A DNA stretch of 63,117 bases, filler included, from Klebsormidium nitens (taxonomy: Eukaryota; Plantae; Klebsormidiophyceae): the NCBI GenBank assembly GCA_000708835.1. It is 6 parts of 6 records of this genome, joined end to end, with 100 filler letters (N's around TTAATTAATTAA, not from the genome) between each part and the next. Parts side by side here need not be neighbours in the genome. Positions count along the whole stretch, not along the records: positions 12,870 to 26,114 come from DF237993.1; 5 more parts are not named here. One strand, written 5' to 3'. Positions within the stretch are counted from its first letter, which is position 1, and each line of letters begins with the position of its first letter. Below, piece by piece: positions 13,602 through 26,114 of the stretch. The position numbers and the translations under genes are program-made. Below the pieces are notes generated by a model. The model was not told the origin of the DNA and searched no databases. It worked only from the letters and a program-made list of their open reading frames with translations.

Positions 13602-13687
13602 GCCGTAGTCCGTAGGGAGCTAGAGCGTTCGAGCGCCTAGCGCGGGGTCGAGGGTTCGATTCCCACCTTTTGCAACTTTTTTTTTTT
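13602..13687 (+). ncRNA. Degenerate tRNA-like / SINE-head cassette with a Pol III terminator-like T run
   Basis: A-box-like TAGTCCGTAGGGAGCTAGAGCG, B box GGTTCGATTCC at 13653-13663, T11 at 13677-13687. Acceptor and anticodon stems pair poorly, so it is not a functional tRNA. Confidence 0.45.
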
Positions 13688-16494
13688 GAGCCCCCACTTT
13701 TCTACATTGGCATAGGTCAAGTACATTCGAAAAAGGTTCGTTGCCTATGCATGCAAGCTACGGCGGGGCCACAAGAATTCTTCTACTGAAAACAATGGGT
13801 GACCATAAAACTATAAAACCCAACGTTCGCAATGGTCACTTTCCAACATCCCCGCGCGTATAAATGGTCGATGGGGTTACCGAAACCACATCCTTAGGCA
13901 AGCATTGTAACGTCCAGGGCTTCTTACAGACTTTTCTGAGTATCGTATGAGCTCCGGCGGTCGGCTTATGTGGTCATAACCGGCCGGGGCGAGCATTCAA
14001 TTCTGGCTCCCGGGGAGCCAATCATTGAATCCATGCGCGCGCACTCGCTCGCTCAGTGTGTGTCACACTGAAGGTCAGGTAGGGGTCTACCAAAGGGTAC
14101 CAGGCTGACGGATGGTTAACGATTCTTAGCCGTTCGATCTATTGATCGACGGCCGGAGTTGTCACATCCAAGATAGCCTTATCCCTATTGTGATTGGATT
14201 ACGGCGTGTGGCGGCGTGTGGCGCCCCCAAGCCAGTCCTACCTACTCTCAAACATCTCAATCGTGTCTTGGGGCCGTACCTACTAGGAGGGACCATTCCA
14301 AGCATTCCGAGGAGGAGGATGAGGAAGGTTTCTCTCTAGCAAGGGCGCCTAGACTTAGACACGACCTTCCTACGGGAGTTTATCATCTTGTTGCATGGGC
14401 GCTAGCGCCAGGGTGCTAGCGGAATATAACGGTCATTAAGTAGGATACGTTTCAAGCATGCCTTTGCCTTTGACATCATCCACCTGAATTGGATGGAAAG
14501 CTTTTGAAGGTGCCAAAGTGGAAGCGTTACCATTTGGGGGTGCTTGACAAATGAACAAATTTTCAAGCAAGTTGGTGAAATCCCCACTATTTTATTGGAT
14601 TTTTGTACCGGTGCCGTTCCAGGCATTCAAAACGCGCCAATCACGTTCACATATTCTGTTTGGAGTCAACGATTTTTCAAAATTGATAAATCACCATTCC
14701 AAGAGGTATCCTGCTTGGAACCGAAAAAAAGCTCCGTTGCAAAACTTATTGACCCGGGTGTAGCGCGCTTTAATACCTAAAACTTCTAAATATTAAATTT
14801 CGGCCGAGAAGGCCCGGGCAGGCCCGGGTTCGTGGGTTCGACTCGTCAGGTCCAACTTTTTGGCATGCCATTTTCAGCTGGCCTCCGGCGTTCCGGTTTT
14901 TTGTTGTTCCGTCGAGCGGAAAGGCAAATATTAGTTGAAAGCCGGAAGCCGTGGGAATGAGTTGGGGGCGGTCTTCTAGGATCGGGCCTCCAGTAGTATC
15001 GGGCAATATTGGGTCCGCTAAGCGAATCGCCCCGCATACGCAGCGAAGCCGGTTTTGGTTCCATATTCGGATTTTCTTGAGATGAAATGCACGATTATCT
15101 AATTTTCCAAAGTACCGTCCGATGGAAATTATCGAGGGCTTGCGACGCTCGGCAGACTCGGCACTCGAGTCGCAGACCGTCCGTCTACCGGCTTATATAG
15201 TCATAGTCCGTACGATTTGACGCAGATAAAAACTTGTTAGCTTGTTCAAGTCATGTGGACTTCGATCTACCATTCAAGCTAGCGTTTTGGCGTTTCACTA
15301 TATCCAATCTCCATCCCACAAACAAATTGATCGGACTGCATTTTGATGGCGCGAGCAATGATAGGCGGTGAGACTAGTAGCTTAGGATTCGATCTGCTCG
15401 GTACTGCCATGATTCCATGTAGGTAAAACTTTGCCAAAGCGCATGTGTTTGGACGTCCGTAGTTGAGCGATTTACGTTACCATCACAGTGATATTGCCTG
15501 CAAAGGTTGTCGCTTGCACAAAACATATTGGTTGCTTCTGAAGGAATCTTCTTCGTCAGCAATGCATCAATGATCCAGCATTCATTGCTTAGATGTCGTT
15601 ACAGAGCGCTTGCATCTGAAATCCAGAAAGTTGGTGAGAGCCAATGCTGGACAAACCTAATTATCTTACGTGTCTTCACTGAGTCATGATGCAAATGTAG
15701 CACTAACACCTAGTTTTCGAAACATGGCACAGATTATATTGCACGCTACAGCATTGTCACTATCACTACTTGTTGTTTGTATGCTCAGTTTACTCATACG
15801 GTGCAGATGAGTTTTCCCTTTGAGCCATAGCCCACTTTTACAACTTTGCAAAATTATAGTGGGGCTGCTTACTTGGCAGCCAATCCAACCCTTCTCCTGT
15901 TATTGTTCAGATTTCTGTCCTTCGTAAATCACATCTCGACGGAAACGCCTGGACTTATCACAAACTTGAACGATTATCCCATCTCAAATGCACTCAAACC
16001 AGTGTCGATCACCACAGTGAGTCCCGGACTCACTGTGGGCCAGCTGATCTGAGTTTCAAATCTATTCGCGCTCGGTAAAATATATATTCAACCGTTCAAC
16101 AAGATGAAGAATGGTCGAATCTTAAGGAGCTTTCTTGTTGTCACTGGACTTTGGCTCAATTCTTTGCAACTCAGCGGACTGGTCAATAGTAAGCTGCATA
16201 TACCTATGGTCGAAGACATGGCTCAATCTGGCAAAGTGCTCAAGCGTACACGAATTCGCCTTTTAATCCAGCTCACCATTGAACAGAGCAATTAGAAGTT
16301 GCTTGCTAAGCTTCTCTAAAGAAGTATACTTTGTCGTCCTAGCAAGTCACGCTTAAACCGTATGATCAGATCTAAACAAAAAATTGCAGCCCACCTACAA
16401 AAGACGTCCTAGAAGGATCTTAGTTCTGCAATACTTACCCTGCGCCAATCTGTGCAAAATGCTAAAAGGTGTGGCAGAAAGCCTTACCTTACCT

Positions 16495-17678
16495 CACAGG
16501 CTAGTTATATGAGGTTTGGCGACCTCCGGACGATTGGAGGGTCGGTCTGTCGTTCCTCCGGTCAATCTCCGGTCAAATGCCGGGCAGAGAATTCTGCCGC
16601 GCGTCCAGTCGGAGTTTGAATTATCGAGTCTNNNNNNNNNNNNNNNNNNNNNNNNNNNNNNNNNNNNNNNNNNNNNNNNNNNNNNNNNNNNNNNNNNNNN
16701 NNNNNNNNNNNNNNNNNNNNNNNNNNNNNNNNNNNNNNNNNNNNNNNNNNNNNNNNNNNNNNNNNNNNNNNNNNNNNNNNNNNNNNNNNNNNNNNNNNNN
16801 NNNNNNNNNNNNNNNNNNNNNNNNNNNNNNNNNNNNNNNNNNNNNNNNNNNNNNNNNNNNNNNNNNNNNNNNNNNNNNNNNNNNNNNNNNNNNNNNNNNN
16901 NNNNNNNNNNNNNNNNNNNNNNNNNNNNNNNNNNNNNNNNNNNNNNNNNNNNNNNNNNNNNNNNNNNNNNNNNNNNNNNNNNNNNNNNNNNNNNNNNNNN
17001 NNNNNNNNNNNNNNNNNNNNNNNNNNNNNNNNNNNNNNNNNNNNNNNNNNNNNNNNNNNNNNNNNNNNNNNNNNNNNNNNNNNNNNNNNNNNNNNNNNNN
17101 NNNNNNNNNNNNNNNNNNNNNNNNNNNNNNNNNNNNNNNNNNNNNNNNNNNNNNNNNNNNNNNNNNNNNNNNNNNNNNNNNNNNNNNNNNNNNNNNNNNN
17201 NNNNNNNNNNNNNNNNNNNNNNNNNNNNNNNNNNNNNNNNNNNNNNNNNNNNNNNNNNNNNNNNNNNNNNNNNNNNNNNNNNNNNNNNNNNNNNNNNNNN
17301 NNNNNNNNNNNNNNNNNNNNNNNNNNNNNNNNNNNNNNNNNNNNNNNNNNNNNNNNNNNNNNNNNNNNNNNNNNNNNNNNNNNNNNNNNNNNNNNNNNNN
17401 NNNNNNNNNNNNNNNNNNNNNNNNNNNNNNNNNNNNNNNNNNNNNNNNNNNNNNNNNNNNNNNNNNNNNNNNNNNNNNNNNNNNNNNNNNNNNNNNNNNN
17501 NNNNNNNNNNNNNNNNNNNNNNNNNNNNNNNNNNNNNNNNNNNNNNNGGACTCGATAATTCAAACTCCGACCGGACGCGCGGTAGAACTTCTGCCATTTG
17601 ACCGGAGATTGACCGGAGGAACGACAGACCGATCCTCCAATCGTCCGGAGGGCGCCAACCTCATATAACTAGCCTGTG
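16495..17678. mobile_element. Non-autonomous DNA transposon with ~130-bp TIRs (CACAGG...CCTGTG) and a 2-bp CT target duplication; CMC/CACTA-like; interior is a 916-N gap
   Basis: 16495-16631 is the near-exact reverse complement of 17548-17678. CT flanks both ends. N run at 16632-17547. Confidence 0.7.
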
Positions 17679-20600
17679 CTTTTTCCTTGACAGAAATTGC
17701 CGCTGACTGTTAGTGGCTGTGACGACCATATGCATCACCGTGCGGTCATTGTAGGCAGCAGTATCCGAGCTTAGCCTTTGGAGTCATGCAGGCCAAGGGA
17801 GGCCTGGCAAAACAAATCACAATGATCACGCAGATCAATATCATGTAGATCGGGGGACGTGAACTGTCTGCATTGCAGCGTCACAATGTCACAGTTCGTT
17901 TAAAGAACGGGGATTGAATCTCAAATTCGTTCCTCGGAAACTGCGCAGTGCGCAGCAGATGAAATGGAAGTGCACAGTGACTTGTATCCATCAGAAGTCT
18001 CGAGCACGCTTGAAAGCATGAAATTTGCAGTTGCCCCACAGAAGCCCCCAGTCACTATTTCAGGTGCCAAGATTGACAAATGCTCGTTCGAACTCAAGCT
18101 GAGAACTAAAAGCATCAGTAAACATGCATCGCAGACCTCTTGACACTGGCATCGTGAATCTTGCTCAGTTGAAACCTGCAGCATCCAGGCAGAATTGACT
18201 ATGTGCTGACGTCCTGGTTGTCCATCAACTTTGGTACTCCGATTGCCTTCTGTTTCACCATGTCATATATCGTAAGGAAAGAAAGTCAGTGTTCAGATCC
18301 TCGTCCAGAATAAAAAGCTCACTCCTGAAGGCTGATTACACATCTGCGCACTGAGAGTAACAGACGCAGTTAAATTGAGAAGGCAGCCCTGTGCTGGCTT
18401 CCCAATTCAACTGCACAGTGCTTACACATATTAAAGGATCTGAGATTCTCTCTTGCATCCTGATTTGTTGAAAATTCATTCACGATCTGGATTTCTGAGC
18501 GGAATAACTCTGGCTCCTATGATTAGCAGATGGTGATGGACACAGTGAGGATGAGCGATAGCGAATGAGCTTTTGATGGAAGGTAGCCTGCACAATGAAA
18601 TGCAAAAGGGGACTCGCGGATTGAATTTGACTTTGACAAGCATGTTGCAAGAACAAGGTGTTCTGCTGAGAAGGGGAAAAATCAGAGCTTGGGACCGCAA
18701 TCCAGCAAACTTGATACAGCTTTGTATGTCCGCATCTTCAAATACACATGGTCTTTCAAAGTAGAGCTGCCCCAGAAAGTAAAAGGTGCACAAGCATGAG
18801 CTCTTTGAAACAGGAAAATCTACATCAGTTGATTGAGACCTAGCAAGTGACATCAGGATACAGAAATTATTTCAATCAAACGGAGCAGACCAGAAACGTC
18901 CGGAGCTGACAACCAATCCTCTGTAGTCTGCTAAACATGCCATCCCTTCCAGGGATAGACCCTTTGCCTCGCTGCATCTTCAATTTTTTAAAGGCAACAT
19001 AAATCTTAGGGCATCTCATTCGCACCGGCGAGATAGTGCTCTGTTGCACGCCCCCGCTGCCAGATAAATCATGTGCAATTTGAAAAGGAATGAAGCAGGC
19101 TGCTGTGGTCTTCTTGCCATGGCTGCGGCACGTGATAATATGGCCCAAGCTAGCTTGCGTCCAGCTTGCCGCGCGCCTCTTTAGTTCTCAGAGTCAAAGT
19201 GCGAAGTGCTGGCAGCTCTGCCTGCCAGCGTAGTCAGCGTGGCATGTTCTCAGATTTGAAAGTTTTTCAGCAATGAGCCGTTCGATGATCCTGAAGTTGT
19301 TGCCAACCGTTCGATGGCCATCCGTTCACTGGATATTATTGACGAAGTTTTTTTGACTCGTCCGATCAGGTTCAGTGAGTTGCAAGGTTGCGAAGAAGGT
19401 GAGGGGCCGAACTTGGAGGCCTGGTTTCTTTTTGCCCGTAGAAGTTTTAGAAGTTTATAACTTCTTTTGATCTAAACTTCGGAATGTCCACGTATTTTCT
19501 CGATGATTCTCTGAGTATTTCAAACAATAGAAGTTTATCAAGAAGTTTTTCAAAAAGTACCGGATGCCGCCACGTACCATTTTTGATCATCATTCAAACG
19601 AAAACCCATCTGGCCCTATAACCCTGGTTTAAGGCCCAAACCTCCTGTTCGCTTTTGTCGGACTTTTGAAAAACTTTGTCGAACGGCTCGAAGAATTTTA
19701 AATAGGTAAGAACTGCCGGTGCCTACACAGCCTTCGGGAACATACATGTATTGCACAGTACGAGGCCGGTAGGTACCGAGGTTCCTATCCTACACGCCTG
19801 TGCGATTACCTAGGTAGGTACCTAACGTTGGCAGGTACGCTAGGCTTCAGCTAGGTACCTAATCAGTACTGAGTACAGGGCTCAGTAGAGCAGAGTACAG
19901 CAGTGCCAGGGACCAGAGGGTTGCTGGGTTGTGGCAGCACTGCGGCAAGGGCGGCATGGGCGACATGGGCGGCAGTCTTCGCCGGCAGATGGCAGCGTGG
20001 GCGGGCCGCGGCTCTCACAGATCCTCACTTTAGCTATTCAATGTCACAAAAATGCGGATATCTGAGCTCAGACTCTCAGGAGACTCGTTGCGATATACAT
20101 GTTTGATAAGAAAAGGGAGGCACAGGGCCAAGGACCATTATGCAGGAAGTGCGCGGACTTCCAGGGCGCTTGGCACGAGCTGTAGTCAGTGAGCGACGAG
20201 TCTACAACAGCCCAGGACCTTGCAACCTGCAGGAAGAGCGGGGTCAAACAATCTGGAGGTGGCAGTGGCAATTGAGCGATTGCATTCTGGTCCCAGTAGA
20301 GCGCACAATATGCAAGACCTTGGTCTGAAGCTCTTGGTGGCGGCTCGACATGGGCTTACTAATCGAAATTCATCAGGTAATCTATTTATCAGCAATGTGC
20401 TTGGGCTTCAACTGCAGTGCTGCTTCAATGCCGTCCACAGATTGCGTCGTACGTGTTGAGTCACCTGTACGGGCTGCTGACATGAGCGTTCATTTGTTTC
20501 TTATTGTCATGCTCTCTGGCTTTCTTAGAGCGTGGCATCCATCTTCTGGTTCAGACAAAGGCAAAAAATGGTCTCCTTGATGAGCCATGGGATTATTGCA

Positions 20601-23600
20601 TCTCACTAGCATAATCAGGCATGCCGCTAGCAGACAGCAGAGCAAGTATACCAGATGCAGCTCGACGCAGTCCATCATGGTTGTCAGCTACTTGGTGATT
20701 AGAGATTCAAAAGCTACATGTCAGATGGATTAGTGGATTGCATGGCTGTGTTCCTAGTATTTCTTGAAGTCGGCAGGTACAAGTACAGCTGTTGTAGTTG
20801 CCGCTCTGGCAGGGTTGACCTGAAAGTTGACAACATGCTTGAAAGGTGTGTGTATCCTCTGATCAAAGAGGGTGTTTGAATAACCAAAATCTGACCCAGT
20901 TTTGAGATCGTGGAGATTGCAGCTTATGTCCTCCTCTGCCCATGCAGGGTTGCACGTTACCTCGCGCCCCTGCCCGCCATGGAAGGGAGACAAGTTCCAT
21001 CATCGCAAGCAGACCTGATGCACATGCAGTACTGTAAGTTGATTTAAGGGCTCTGACTTTCAAAACTCAGGTGTGCAAATGGAACTCACAGCACCTGCTC
21101 AGGATGAAAATTATGAACAGGTCTTTGACCTCTTGTGTATTTCAAAGAGCCATTTTGATTGTTTCCCTCAGCTGTTTGGTGGTGGAAAGTTCAGGTTGAG
21201 GTCTGGTGGCGCTTGAATGAGACCATGGTCCTACACTGCCGGCTGAGGCCAGAAAGGAACGGAAGAGGTGCTTCTATGACGGCTTCATATCCACGCCAAT
21301 CTGTGGCAAGCTGTTCTGACTGCTAACTTGGACAAATTACGAGTGAGCTGCTGCATGTCTTCATTGTCTGGGCTCGTGAAATTCCCCTGGAAGTTACCTT
21401 TTATACAACAGGTTTATATAGCAAACTGATGAATTAGACGTATCCCTGATCGCAGGCCTTACCTTTCTTCTTGGCAGACAATCTGCTCTGCTTTGGCGCT
21501 CAATTCAATCACGGCGGGCAATGGCCAGCTCAGCTAATAGTGGTGAGCGACTCTAACGTGTCTGAATTGTTGTGAGCCAAGAATTGTTTTAGCCCTCAAC
21601 CCCCATATTCTTCCTTGCCTCTCCTTTTTAGAACACCCAAGTTTCAACTTGGACTTCCTCAATATACTATTTGGTCTCATTCCTTTCGGGCCTAACATCG
21701 ACATAAGGTGTGTACATGGCAATATGCGAGACAATAATTGTTCCAATCATTCTTCTCTACAACAATCTCTCCGTTGTAGTTCCATCACCCCCAGACCACC
21801 GCTCAGTGTTTTCTTGGAGAAATGTTAAGCTGTTCCCATTAGTCTCCCCTCTGCTCGACACAAGCGCAATTGAGGTTGACGTGGTCCGGCAGCTTGGCAA
21901 CAGGTGTGTGTAATTGCGTTTGTCCATTTTGAGCTTTAGTGGCCTGACCTACTTTCCAAACACCTGTACAAGGAAAAGCGACGCTCACATGGTGCTCAGT
22001 CATGCCTGGTTTTGAAGGGAGCCGGTTTGCTGGCCCGGTGTAAAAGTGGTAAGAACTTCCTGCGGCTGCGTGCGCGTCTTGAGGTGAGTGGTGCAGGCAA
22101 TGTGTAGAATCTCTTTCCAATGTTCACTTCTCTTTATGCTCCAATCCAAATGAGTGGGAATTAGCTTGGATGAACGTTCTAGGGTATGCCTTGGTTTCGG
22201 GTCCTTTGAGCTTCTTTCGCTTGTGAGCACGTCTTACTTCTTGACTCTATAAAGGTTGGTCCTTTCAAGGTTTGGAGGTCTTTTAGAGTTCCCCATCCTA
22301 CTCCTCGCCCTTCAGTCCGTTGTGTTCTGCTTAGCCGGCAGTAGATTTGTAATATGTATAGATTAATCTGATTCAAAAGTCCAATCTCTCATGCATCAGA
22401 GCAGCTTCTCCCAAATCATATGCTACTTCAGCGTTCATCGCATCAAGGATGAACAAGTCAGACGTTTAATTTTAAGCCGTGATCTCTGTGGCATTCGCTT
22501 TTTGCCGGCCTGTCACAAACTTCGCAAGACGGCGTTGTCTGATCAATGCACTGCTCAAGTTCCATCTTGAATCTGATCCGATGTTCCGAATTTGCGCAAT
22601 TGTAGGTTAGCAATCTTACCTTAATGACAAGAGCATGTCATGGCAGGATGCCGCCAGCAAGGGATATATTCATCGTAAAGGTGCTGGACGAGCAGCAGAG
22701 TCTCGCCTCGTTGTTTGCTTTAGATACTTGATGTTCTACTCGAGCAATTTAGTCGGGAAGAAGTCCTGTTGTCGGGCTTCTTTCTCAAAGCTGAGAAGCA
22801 TATCATCAAAATCATGGCATTTCACTTGGCACTTTAGGTGCCTTTGGCGGCCGAGCGTGTTCTTTTCTTGCAGCTGAGCAAAGATACCGTCTGAAACTGC
22901 ATTTGCCCGGCGCTCGCGTACTTTGCAAGGAAGTGAGTCCCTTCCACATATCAGTTCTTGAGAGAGTCACGAACTACTTTCAACGATTGTGATGTCGTCT
23001 CGTACTAAATGGTTTATTTGATTGGATGTCAGACTCGTCGTGTTGCCTTTAAAGAGGATAGATGTCTCTTACTTGATGGTCTGATGGGAAGGGTCAACCA
23101 CTCTCAGTCTGGCACTGGGCACTTGTTGATCTTGTGCTCTCTTTGCTTTGCTCAGAAATTGTTCTGCCGATCGCTGACGGGCCGATACTCAGACCTGGAA
23201 CCTCACGAAACCCGGAAGTACTTCAAGCAAGTAGACGTGCATGCAATTGAACGCTGCAAGTACAATGTCCAAAGAGTCATGCAAATTATCGTGCTATCGC
23301 TTGAATAACTTTCCGCAAATCTCTATTTGATGTATGGCACTCAAAGTGGGTAAGAGGTTCGTATTTGTGATGTAGAAATTCTTATGCGCTGAGATTCTGT
23401 TTGTTTATGTTTGTCAAGTATTCGCAGTGATGGGAATGCTTGAAGTCAGCTCAACGATTGTGCTCGCTTTACTGACTTCGCAGGCCAAACGTGGCATCCC
23501 AAAAGACGATGCCCAACTCTGTCGAGCCGCCGGGACATAGCTCGACATCACCTACGAAGTAAGATAAAGCCTCAAAACATGCCGCCAACTGGTCTTTTGA

Positions 23601-24789
23601 TCTGCCGTGTGGCACTTAAAACCAAGTTGTCCTAGATAAGCTCTTTCAAAGCTGGTGTTGAGATCTGCAAACTGGTTGTAGCTAGAGACTTGTGGCAATC
23701 AAACTGCAAGGTATCCGGCTTGTCTTGATATCATTAGTACAGACTGGGACCAATGGTTTCAAGAGCGTTCATTTGGCCCACGTCTTGTTCTCCATTCTGA
23801 GGGTTTCGTTGCTTTCTTGAAATGAGGGGAAGTGCTTGATCCCCTCGGAGCCTGCGCTTCCGCTTCTAATCTAACCAAGGAATCCATGGCAGTGTACGTT
23901 TTGCAATTCGGACAGGTCGAAGTCCAAACATTATCGTCTTTCCGTCATAAAAGGAGCATCACTGAGCTGGTCGTTCGATACATAAAGGGAATCTTCCTCG
24001 TTCGCACTAGCTCTTTTAGAGATGTCAATAAGCGTTCTGGTAGGATTCGCTTGACTTCTTCTGTGATAGCGGATGTTCATGCGAATCCTGCAGCCTACTT
24101 GGCCAGAGCGGACCCCTTTCTTCGGCAAACGATTCCAACCGGTTTAGGCTCTAGGTTCTCTTCTTTCGAATGAAAAAGCGCAACGCAGTTCAAAACTTTT
24201 TGCTTTTTAGATTGATGCAGTCCAAGCTGGTCTCCTTCAAATCAATCGTCTTAGTCCGCTTCCTTCATTGCAAACTCTAGCTTGAATTGCCACACCTCGA
24301 ACTCTTTTGCAGGACGAAGGGACTTGGTACCGTGTTGGTCTGAAGTGATCCGTTCAATATGCTGCTGGATAGAAGACGGGTTGCGATTCGTATGGTCGTC
24401 ATGATGTCAATGAGGGCGCGTCTGCTACTGTAGTAGCATAACTTATTCAAGTTTGAGCATGCCAACTCTGGCTCTCAATGGTATCGTCAGAGTATGCACG
24501 GAACTTTAGTAGGACAGTTGACGGTTGATGCACGTAAGTATGTTCACCAGTAAAAATTGATTACTAGTCCCATGATCATGAAATGATCCAGTGATTATCT
24601 ACTGTAAATCAGTGTATTAGGAGTACAGTACTAAGGCATTATGGATGTGCCAAGATGTGCAGGCTATGATGTCTCGTGAATCGAATGGACATGTACACAG
24701 CCTCAGAAGTTATTTGCTCCGGAACAGACGTGTCAAACCACCATGACGTGACATTTGGTCGAATGACGGAGAACTTCCGTTATCTCGAG

Positions 24790-24857
24790 TGGGTCGCCTT
24801 CGGCGACCCATCCCTGCATTTAGCAGGGGATGGGGTCGCCTTCGGCCACCCCATCCC
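24790..24857. repeat. GC-rich multi-hairpin palindromic element
   Basis: TGGGTCGC-CTTCG-GCGACCCA, then CCCTGC-ATTTA-GCAGGG, then GGGATGGGGTCGCC-TTC-GGCCACCCCATCCC. GGGTCGCCTTCGGC occurs twice. Confidence 0.75.
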
Positions 24858-25561
24858 ATGAAGTTTTGCCGTTTTCAGGTAGATCGCTTCATTCTGGGCC
24901 CCCAGCCAAAACGCAAAGCTGAACTTCGGAGCGGTCGGATTTTATGGAGCTCAGAGATCGGACGGCTTTCCTTCATCCAGACTGATTTGACGTCGAACTA
25001 GAGCTGGGAACATGCTGAAACATGTACAAGAAACCTGCTTGCAGCTCATGCTGGTCAATATGCTGTCAATGCCAATGGCTTCCAGAGCCTCTTCCACTGC
25101 CACCAGAACAAGGGCAGCACGAGCTGGAGCATGACTATGACAACCTCAGGTTCAGTTTCTAGCTAAAGCAACCTGCAGTGGTATGCTGAATTGCTCAGTA
25201 GGCCAGCTGGCAAAGTGATTCCCCGTAAAACTCTTGCACTTCAATGTAATAGCTTTCAAATGATCAGTGCATTGAATCGAGGAAGTACCAATGGGGAATG
25301 AAGGATTACAAGATTAGACATTCATTGTCATTTTCATCATCATTCTAATTTTTAGGTATTTTCACAGTGAATTTATCAAGAAATTCAAAAATAAAATCAA
25401 TATTCATTGTGAAATCCGGGTTACACAGCTTGTCAGCGTAACCACAAGCCAAACCAGTCTGCTTAGGGGGAAGCTAAACTCTACCATGCTGGAATTCCGC
25501 GGAAAATCGCAGCAACCAGTCTGCGACCAAGTCAGAAGTGTGTTGCAGCCAAACTATGACA

Positions 25562-25643
25562 GGTTCCGGCCGAGGATCGAACCGGCGACACTGGATACTA
25601 CTGTAGTAGTAGGCTAGCGCACTAGCCACTAGGCTACCGCCGA
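25562..25643 (-). ncRNA. tRNA-derived cassette with intact A and B boxes (SINE head or tRNA pseudogene)
   Basis: Minus strand: A box TAGCCTAGTGG (25636-25626) and B box GGTTCGATCC (25583-25574). The anticodon arm is replaced by a TACTAC-TACA-GTAGTA hairpin and the acceptor stem does not pair. Confidence 0.55.
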
Positions 25644-25710
25644 CTCGCTGCTGCGGTCCGACCGCGTAAAATATCTGTACCGTCCGTACGCGGTTTCCGG
25701 TCGGGCCTTG

Positions 25711-25870
25711 CCTGGGACCGGGTGGGGCTGGCCGGTGGTTAGGGTGGGTTAGGGTAGGCGGGGGGTACGCCACTACCCTGGGACGGGTGGGGCTGGTCGG
25801 CGGTTAGGGTTAGAGTTAGGGTTAGGGTAGGCTGGGGGGTTACGCACCTACCTGGGACGATTTTAGGGTT
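25711..25870 (+). repeat. Two-plus copies of a ~66-74-bp G-rich unit containing TTAGGG telomere-like motifs
   Basis: Units start CCTGGGAC at 25711, 25777 and 25851; several GGTTAGGG inside, and TTTTAGGG near 25861. Confidence 0.75.
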
Positions 25871-25970
25871 ACGTCCCCTATACCCTAGGGTTTTAGTGTA
25901 ATTAACCCATTTTCCGCTGATTTCCAGTATGGTATAGTTAACCTTTCCAGTAAATCTGCTATACCCTCCA

Positions 25971-26114
25971 TTCACTTGGTTCATCATCATCAATTCCACT
26001 TAGTTGGTTTTTGACCCTTATATAGAGCTAGTTCACTAAGTTCATCATCATCAATTGTACTTAGACGGCTTTTATCTACCCCTATATACTCGATTCAAAA
26101 TCTTCATCATCAAC
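25971..26114 (+). repeat. ~61-bp tandem satellite running into the contig end
   Basis: TTCAC...TTCATCATCATCAATT units start at 25971, 26032 and 26094. Confidence 0.8.

Noticed and set aside
13369-15198. Possible TIR pair ATATAAAACCGGTAG / CTACCGGCTTATAT
   Set aside because: Only ~14 bp, imperfect, and no TSD.
16494-17668. Long ORFs of 333-367 aa in the ORF track
   Set aside because: They consist almost entirely of X from the N gap.
23470-24420. Possible decayed long reading frame on the minus strand (VWTSTCPNCKTY...; about 9 stops in ~317 codons), with similar patches at 20000-23300
   Set aside because: Only marginally fewer stops than random and no recognisable family; a tBLASTx or HMM search is needed.
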